Part shown: positions 57,111 through 64,000 of the stretch, piece by piece | Position numbering within the stretch: position 1 is the stretch's first letter | Layout: each line of letters starts with the position of its first letter | Assembly: GCA_964016885.1 (NCBI GenBank) | Contig: OZ024756.1 | Span: forward strand, 35,588,001 to 35,652,000 | Direction: 5' to 3' | From: Eledone cirrhosa | Lineage: Eukaryota | DNA: 64,000 nt | The notes under the pieces: generated by a model | Seen by the model: the letters and a program-made list of their open reading frames with translations, nothing else | Told to the model about the DNA's origin: nothing | Database searches by the model: none | Program-made: the position numbers and the translations under genes

Positions 57111-58988
57111 ATGTTAAACGCAGCGAACGAAAATAGTGGTGGGGGGACAGCGGTAAGAGTTGTAAGCTCGCACGCTTTAGTCCTCCCTTCCTTCCCAACT
57201 AACGTCATAGAGAAGGAAGGAAAAATGAAAATAAAAACGGACGAATCTGCGGAGAAAAAATTAAATGTCGAAAACAACGAAGAAAAAAAATTTGAAAAAT
57301 TGCATGACAATACTAATAACACAAACAAAGACACAACAAACAAAAAAATAACAGTTGAAAATAACATAATATCAGAAAACAAAGCAGACGACAAGACTTC
57401 ATTTGCACAGAAAACAAAGAAATCTTTGACTTATATAGCGGAAAACATTTCAGATGTGGTACGAAGGATCACGGACGCAAAACAATACATAAGTGAAGGT
57501 GAGAATGGTATTTTATTGGTAAAAATGCCTCAAGAATTCACGAAAGACATTGAAAGCCGAACGGTCAAGTTTCGGACCATCAACAACAGTACAAAAAAAC
57601 CTGAACAGCCTTCTCAAGCAGATATCAAAACAGTACTCGCAGAAGTACTGAATGAAACAACTTTCATAAGAAAAGACAGACTGTATGGAAGCCTAGCAAT
57701 TATCATGAAGAACGAATCGGCGGCAAAAAAATGTGCTTTGTCACCGATTCGTTCGAAAAATTTCACCTTTTATCCATCTTATATGGGAAAAAAAACTCAA
57801 CGCATATGGCTGGATGCAATGATGCCAGATGTGGACTACTGCTGGCTCATAGCTGGCTTCATCGATCCAGTGAATGACAACGTGATTTCCATTGGGAAAA
57901 CCACAGGCAATGCGTTCAGTGGAACAGGTATAGAGCTGGTAGTACAAATGAAGCCTGAACGCATCGCCCAAATACCCGACAGAATCCTATTAGAGGACCA
58001 CGGGTATATAAACATTAGCGTGGAGGGGAGAAGGCCGTCCTGCCATATCTGTGCAGGCAGAGGGCACCTGAAGGCCGCTTGTCCCCAACTCAACAAAAAG
58101 AAAACCCTGCTACCAACACCAGCTCCACCACCACCACCAGAACAGATAAACAAACAACAAAACTCAGTCCCACCCAACCCGTCCCTCAGTAACACCACAA
58201 CACCACCACAACACAAACAGTCACAACACATTACCCCAAAACAAAATACAGGCCCACCCAACCTCTCACTCAATAAAACAACACAACCACCGCAGACACA
58301 ACACACAACACAGTCTAACATAGTGACATCCATCTCCCCCACAAAGAAAACCAACACGGAAACATTACCAGCAAACATACCTCTTCCCTCCAACACTGAA
58401 GATAACCCAACGAATTCGGAGGAAGAAACGGAGTCCTTCAGACAGATTAAAAGGAAAAAAAGAAAACATGTGCAAAACATACAAGGACAAACAACCCCCA
58501 CCCAAATCGCAACACAATCTAACAAAACAGAAAACACCCCTCCAGCAACAAACAAAACCAAACCTGCCCCTCCCCTCTTCGAAACACTCACACCATCGGA
58601 AAAAAAGACATTACACTATACTTACATCAACAGAAACAATAATAAATTAAATGAACTCATATACAATAATCCTTCGGTACAAACCGAAGGTGTAAACTTT
58701 GTTTCATCAGAAAACCACCCACATTTAAAACTAATAAAAATCCCAATGAACCTCTACCAAAAACTAAAAAAGGATTTTAAGGAGGACGTAGGACCACCCT
58801 CTGTCAAACCCATAAACCGCGTCCTACTAAAAAGCTTTCCCCCTCCCCTTCCCCTCCCCAACACAACTCCAAACACCCCAACCCCACCACACACCGACGA
58901 CCCCACACCACCACAAGACACCCCTTCACCCAACACCCCCGACCCCATGGAAGTCGTGCAACCCGAACCCCGGGAAGCGGAAAGGTAG
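57111..58988 (+). CDS. Tx1-like ORF1 (gag-like nucleic-acid-binding protein, 625 aa)
   Basis: Zinc knuckle CHICAGRGHLKAAC (CX2CX4HX4C), a P/T/Q-rich tail and a basic KRKKRK patch; lies directly upstream of ORF2. Confidence 0.9.
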   Translation: MLNAANENSGGGTAVRVVSSHALVLPSFPTNVIEKEGKMKIKTDESAEKKLNVENNEEKKFEKLHDNTNNTNKDTTNKKITVENNIISENKADDKTSFAQKTKKSLTYIAENISDVVRRITDAKQYISEGENGILLVKMPQEFTKDIESRTVKFRTINNSTKKPEQPSQADIKTVLAEVLNETTFIRKDRLYGSLAIIMKNESAAKKCALSPIRSKNFTFYPSYMGKKTQRIWLDAMMPDVDYCWLIAGFIDPVNDNVISIGKTTGNAFSGTGIELVVQMKPERIAQIPDRILLEDHGYINISVEGRRPSCHICAGRGHLKAACPQLNKKKTLLPTPAPPPPPEQINKQQNSVPPNPSLSNTTTPPQHKQSQHITPKQNTGPPNLSLNKTTQPPQTQHTTQSNIVTSISPTKKTNTETLPANIPLPSNTEDNPTNSEEETESFRQIKRKKRKHVQNIQGQTTPTQIATQSNKTENTPPATNKTKPAPPLFETLTPSEKKTLHYTYINRNNNKLNELIYNNPSVQTEGVNFVSSENHPHLKLIKIPMNLYQKLKKDFKEDVGPPSVKPINRVLLKSFPPPLPLPNTTPNTPTPPHTDDPTPPQDTPSPNTPDPMEVVQPEPREAER

Positions 58989-59021
58989 GTCTCTACACTC
59001 TCCTTTGGCTCTGCCGCCCAC

Positions 59022-62000
59022 ATGGATGTGTTAAGAGTAGGATGTTTGAATGCACGTGGCCTGGGCTCAACTTGGAAGCAAGCAAAGCTTCTAAATGACC
59101 TCAGGTCATGTAGTATAAATGTAATGGTTATCTGTGAGACTCGAATCAGCGTCATGCGGCAGCTGGCCCCCACCTTCGATGACTTTGAGGTGCATGCATC
59201 TCTCTGTCAACCTGGAGGTGGGGGTGGGGTTGTCGTGCTGATGCAAAAACACCTGGGTCTTGCCGTACAGGTTGTGCACTCGGACCCGGAGGGTCGTTTG
59301 TTGGTGCTAGACGTTGGCAGTAGTGAAAGTGCGGCCTTGAGACTGGTCGCCGTCTACTCCCCTTTCGGAGCTGAACGGCCCGACTTCTTCCAGCGTTTGG
59401 AGACTTTTCTGGGAACGTCGCGTTCCCTGCTTCTAGCGGGGGATTGGAATGACATCCTAGATGCACGTTGGGACTATGCAGGAGCATGTCCTAATAGAGG
59501 GGGGTGTAACAGCCTCAAGGGGTTACTCGACCGTTTTAACTTGGTCGATAGATATCGACTAGATTTTCCAACTGTGCCTACCTGGACTTGGAGAAACCAC
59601 AGTGGTCAATCTAGATCGTACTTAGATAGATTCTTAGTTAGAAGTAAGGATAGGGACATATTAAGCTGTCCAGAAATGCGCACGGTTGGCTACACGGATC
59701 ACAAATTAGTGACCTGCGTGGTCAATCTCGAGAAAACACATAGACAGGGTCCCGGTTACTGGAAACTTAATTTGTCTTTACCGGCAAAAGAGACTTACAG
59801 AAACCGGATTAGCAGATTAGTTAAGGAGAGGTTGACGGGTGCAATCGTCAACAACCGATGGTGGGCATCTCTCAAAAGAGAGATTAGAACAGAATCAATA
59901 AGTTATAGCAAGATGTTAGCTGCCAATAGGAATAGAAACGAGAAAGAATTAACAGGTAAATTAGAAGAGGCAATCAAGAGCGAAGATGTGGCCAGAGTGC
60001 TGGCATCGAGGACGGCCTTGAACCAGTTTTTCGATGCAAAGCATGAAGGCTGCGTCATTCGAAGTAAAATACGTGCTCTAGGTAATGAGGGGGCCAAAGC
60101 CGTTGGATGGGCCCGCGTGACAGAAGCTAAAAGTGGAAATCGATCCACCATCCGGTCGTTGCAAGACGAAGATGGACGAGTGATCCGGGAGCCTAAGCAG
60201 ATGTGCGAGGCCTTTCAAAAGCACTTTGCCCGATTGTTCGGGGGAGGCGAGGGTCCGGGCCGGGGCGTGGATTTCGGTCCATACCTCGACGGCCTGCCGC
60301 GTCTCTCGAACAAAGAGGCGGAGTCCTGCGAGGGACCAATCTCGGCTGATGAGATCGGAGATGCGCTGAGCCAATGCAGCAGACGCAAATCTCCAGGTCT
60401 CGATGGTATACCTTACGAACTTTATTTAGCAATGCCGGTCTTCTTCTCCGAACTCCTCGAAGCGGTCTACTGCAATTGGCAGCAGAACGGGAGAATTCCT
60501 TGTTCTGTAGCCAAGGGCGTAGTCACGCTGGTGAGGAAGGACGAGAACAAGGGGGATAGTATAAATAATTTTCGGCCCATAACCCTGCTAAACACAGAGT
60601 TAAAGATTTTGGCCAAGGTGTTAGCAAAGAGGTTGGCGCTTGTCGTGGGTGGCCTGGTGGGAGATGCGCAGACATGTGCTATCCCATCCAGGTCCATTCA
60701 CGATAACCTCCACCTCATGCGATACATCATAGAGAGGGTTGGCAACAAACCCGGCTTCGGTGGGGCCCTGATCAACTTGGATCAGTCTAAGGCCTTCGAT
60801 AGGGTCGACCATGGTTACCTGGATGCGGTGCTAGCGGCGGCTGGGTTCGGTCCTGTTTTCAGAGGCTGGATCACTGCCCTACATAGCAACCACATCTGTT
60901 CTAGGATCAAGGTGAACGGCTACCTTTCGAAGCCGTTCGAAATCACACGATCCATTCGACAGGGGTGCCCTCTCTCCTCCCTTCTGTACGTATTGACTCT
61001 CGAGCCTTTACTGAGGAAGTTGGAGTTGTTGCAGGGTATCCCCCTGGAACCAGGATTGAGCAAAGCGGTGTCGGCCTACGCCGATGACGTAACAGTAATG
61101 GTATCAACCGACTCGGAGATCGAGGCGATCGGTACCTTACTGGAGGAGTACGAAAGGTTGTCAGGAGCGAAACTGAACCGGGAAAAATCCATCGGGCTGC
61201 AACTCGGAACGTGGAGAGGCAAACCGATGCCTCCTGACGGTGTCGTCGGACACTGGACGGAGGGCCCGGTAAAGTTGCTTGGGGTCTGGTTTGGACCGGA
61301 CCTCCAGGTGGAAAAGAACTGGAACGAGGTTACGAACAAGGTGTTTGCACTAACCCAGAAATGGGCCAAGTGTAAGCTGTCCCTAAAAGGCCGGGCGGAG
61401 GTGGCGAACATTTACATAGCGTCCGTCACTTACTACCGCCTGACTGTCGTGCCTTGCCCTAAGGAAACACTCACCACCATGGAACGCATGCTCTTCCAAT
61501 TTCTTTGGAAGAAGCGTCCTCCTATGGTGAGAAGATCCATCTGCTGCCAACAACCTTCGAAAGGAGGGCTGGGGATGCCGTGGTTGATGATGCGTAGGCA
61601 CGCATTAAGGCTACGGCACCTACAGGTATTCCTCACTAGTCAACCGGTGTGGGCTCCGTTCGTGAAACGGGCCTTTCCGAGACTCGTCTCACTCACCGAG
61701 CTACAGTCCTGGGTCAAGCAAAGATCCGGAAAACTGGGAGACTGGCACACTGAGTGTGCTCAGGCGCTCAGGGCTCTCTGGCAAGCGGGCCGGGCCATCG
61801 GTGGAGAATCCACCTCATCATTCTATAGAGGGCTGGTGGCTAGCAGGGGCGATGACACCCTTGGAGAGTCGCTGGACATGGAGGAAGACGAACTGGCCAG
61901 CCTGTTCGGTAGGACTTTCGGCCCAGGACCAATGGACAACTTCCAGAAGTCACTGGCCTGGCAGTGCTACCGAGGGGCTCTACCCGTTCGAGAGAGGCTC

Positions 62001-62459
62001 TACAGACACGGGCGCCCGGGCAGGGATCCCTCAAAAAAGATTTGCCCTAGATGCGTGCGTCACGAAGAAACCGTGGCGCACGCATTGGTGCAATGTCCTG
62101 GCGTGGCTGATCTGTGGGGCTACGCCGAACAACTGCTGTCGAGGGTGGCGCCGATTAAATTGACCGCCGAGTCCGTGATGACAATCAAACCGCCTCCCCT
62201 CTTCACAAAGGAAGCAAAGGCGGTTTTTCTGTGCGTAATAGCCATGTTGAAAGAGGTTGTTTGGTGGACACGATTGAAAGGTCTGAGGTCAGGCAACTTC
62301 CTCTCTGGCCATAGTCTGGTCTACTTCTTCCGATATCACTTCGGAAGAAGGATAAGAATGGAGAGAGAGGTGCTTGGCCACAGGCAGTTTTATGAAAGGT
62401 GGGTGATAGTGGCGAGAATGGCTCGTGTAAATGGGCCTTCTCTGTATACCATCCTGTAG
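59022..62459 (+). CDS. Tx1-like ORF2: APE endonuclease, reverse transcriptase and C-terminal zinc finger (1145 aa)
   Basis: EN motifs LNARGL, CETR, GDWND, YLDRF, TDHK; RT motifs KSPGLDG, NFRPITLLN, DQSKAFDRV, RQGCPLS, YADD; GGLG; CPRC..ETVAHALVQC. Confidence 0.97.
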   Translation: MDVLRVGCLNARGLGSTWKQAKLLNDLRSCSINVMVICETRISVMRQLAPTFDDFEVHASLCQPGGGGGVVVLMQKHLGLAVQVVHSDPEGRLLVLDVGSSESAALRLVAVYSPFGAERPDFFQRLETFLGTSRSLLLAGDWNDILDARWDYAGACPNRGGCNSLKGLLDRFNLVDRYRLDFPTVPTWTWRNHSGQSRSYLDRFLVRSKDRDILSCPEMRTVGYTDHKLVTCVVNLEKTHRQGPGYWKLNLSLPAKETYRNRISRLVKERLTGAIVNNRWWASLKREIRTESISYSKMLAANRNRNEKELTGKLEEAIKSEDVARVLASRTALNQFFDAKHEGCVIRSKIRALGNEGAKAVGWARVTEAKSGNRSTIRSLQDEDGRVIREPKQMCEAFQKHFARLFGGGEGPGRGVDFGPYLDGLPRLSNKEAESCEGPISADEIGDALSQCSRRKSPGLDGIPYELYLAMPVFFSELLEAVYCNWQQNGRIPCSVAKGVVTLVRKDENKGDSINNFRPITLLNTELKILAKVLAKRLALVVGGLVGDAQTCAIPSRSIHDNLHLMRYIIERVGNKPGFGGALINLDQSKAFDRVDHGYLDAVLAAAGFGPVFRGWITALHSNHICSRIKVNGYLSKPFEITRSIRQGCPLSSLLYVLTLEPLLRKLELLQGIPLEPGLSKAVSAYADDVTVMVSTDSEIEAIGTLLEEYERLSGAKLNREKSIGLQLGTWRGKPMPPDGVVGHWTEGPVKLLGVWFGPDLQVEKNWNEVTNKVFALTQKWAKCKLSLKGRAEVANIYIASVTYYRLTVVPCPKETLTTMERMLFQFLWKKRPPMVRRSICCQQPSKGGLGMPWLMMRRHALRLRHLQVFLTSQPVWAPFVKRAFPRLVSLTELQSWVKQRSGKLGDWHTECAQALRALWQAGRAIGGESTSSFYRGLVASRGDDTLGESLDMEEDELASLFGRTFGPGPMDNFQKSLAWQCYRGALPVRERLYRHGRPGRDPSKKICPRCVRHEETVAHALVQCPGVADLWGYAEQLLSRVAPIKLTAESVMTIKPPPLFTKEAKAVFLCVIAMLKEVVWWTRLKGLRSGNFLSGHSLVYFFRYHFGRRIRMEREVLGHRQFYERWVIVARMARVNGPSLYTIL

Positions 62460-63308
62460 GTAAAGAAGTAAAGGAGAGGGGAGCACCTTCTCCATGTGCT
62501 CCCCGGGCAAAGGATTGCACACTTTTTCGGGGGTGTGTGCAACCCCCATCACGTCCCCTCCCTTTTGAGGTTATTTTCGATGATTTTCATGTTACACCCT
62601 TTTTACTCGATTATATGTAAACTCCCCCTTTGTATTTGTCCCTTCTTTTTATGCCTTTATGGTAAATAAAGAAATCTATCTATATGCTTGTCTATCTATC
62701 TATCTATTCATCTAGATATCGGTCTATTTATCTATGTATATTTGCATATGTATATATATGTATGTATATATATATATATATATATATGTATATGCAAATA
62801 CATATATATATATATACGCACACATACACACACGCACACACACACATATATATATATATATACATGAGTGTGCGTGTACACACACACACACACACATATC
62901 TGCGTAAATTTATCAATATTAGACATTTCTGAGACAACTTCACTTCCACTCAAACACTTCTACCACCGCCACCACCATCACCTCCACATCCAGACACTCC
63001 TACTCTTACTACCTCCACATATCGACCCCCCCCCCCCACCACCACCACCATCAAACACACCTCCCTATATACCCTGCTATACTAATACTTTCAAGTTGTC
63101 CCTCATTGAAATTTATTCAATGAGTCCCAAAGTCTTGAGGAATTTGCCATTTGCTCGTTAATTTCATTAATTTGTGAGAGGTAATTAGATTGGGTTTGGG
63201 AAATTCTTGACTAAAACAACTACTGAGGCTAGAAAAGAATTGGACAGCTGAAGGAATAACAACGGTTTTAGGAATTGGTCGGGGATAGAGGTAGAGGGGG
63301 GGAGGGGA

Positions 63309-63812
63309 TTTGGGGTTTCAAAAGGTAAATAGCGTTGCACACACACACGCATACTCACACTCACACACATACACTCACGCGCACATACACACATACACAT
63401 AGACAGAAGTAGTAGGGAGGGGGAGTTAGTTGGGGTTTCAAAAGGTAAATAGCGTTGCACACACACACGCATACTCACACTCACACACATACACTCACGC
63501 ACACATACACACATACACATAGACAGAAGTAGTAGGGAGGGGGAGTTAGTTGGGGTTTCAAAAGGTAAATAGCGTTGCACACACACACAGAGATTCACAT
63601 GCATATACACACATACACATACACACATACACACATACACACCCAGGCAGACAGAAGTGGGAGTTATGTTGGGTTTCAAAAGGTAAATGCATTGCATACA
63701 CACACACACACATACATACACACACACACACATACACACACACACACACACGCACACATGAGTTGGGGATTATTTGGCGTTTCAAAAGGTAAATAGCATT
63801 GCATACACACAG

Positions 63813-63852
<40 letters not shown>

Positions 63853-64000
63853 ATACACACACACATACACACACACACACACACACTCACTCACAGACTG
63901 AAGTGTGGCGGGGGGGGGGGGTTATGTTGGGTTTCAAAAGGTAAATAGCATTGCACACACACACACAGATACACATGCACACTCGTGCACACACTCAGAT
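63309..64000. repeat. Tandem repeat of about 110-150 bp with CA-rich spacers
   Basis: gtttcaaaaggtaaat recurs 6 times. Confidence 0.85.

Larger units (their letters stand above)
56878..62673 (+). mobile_element. Full-length, apparently intact Tx1/L1-clade non-LTR retrotransposon
   Basis: Two uninterrupted ORFs, 5' and 3' UTRs, AATAAA at 62665-62670, and a 19-bp direct repeat ATCTATCTATATGCTTGTC at 56859-56877 and 62674-62692. Confidence 0.95.

Noticed and set aside
57068-62552. Minus-strand ORFs overlapping the Tx1 element
   Set aside because: Shadow ORFs of a GC-richer coding region.

Overview
Eukaryotic, AT-rich, microsatellite-saturated DNA, most consistent with a coleoid cephalopod (probably an octopod). 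The + strand carries seven GT-AG coding exons (15041-42487) that splice in one frame into the N-terminus and complete domain I of a voltage-gated sodium channel alpha subunit. From memory it closely resembles squid brain sodium channel protein I, which is Nav2-type. There is also a candidate in-frame 45-nt exon at 48468-48512. The introns hold an apparently intact Tx1/L1-clade LINE (56878-62673, 19-bp TSD) that sits in a (TCTA)n tract, as do three truncated relatives. They also hold RTE LINE fragments, an RTE-tailed CORE-type SINE, a second SINE family, and TTAA piggyBac-type MITEs that seed 73-bp tandem arrays. About a dozen short, diverse elements beside (TA)n tracts contain type I hammerhead ribozyme folds (CUGANGA...GAAA...UH), several on the strand of the channel pre-mRNA. 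Most long ORFs in the track are simple-repeat artefacts. All calls were made by eye; no searches or folding programs were run.
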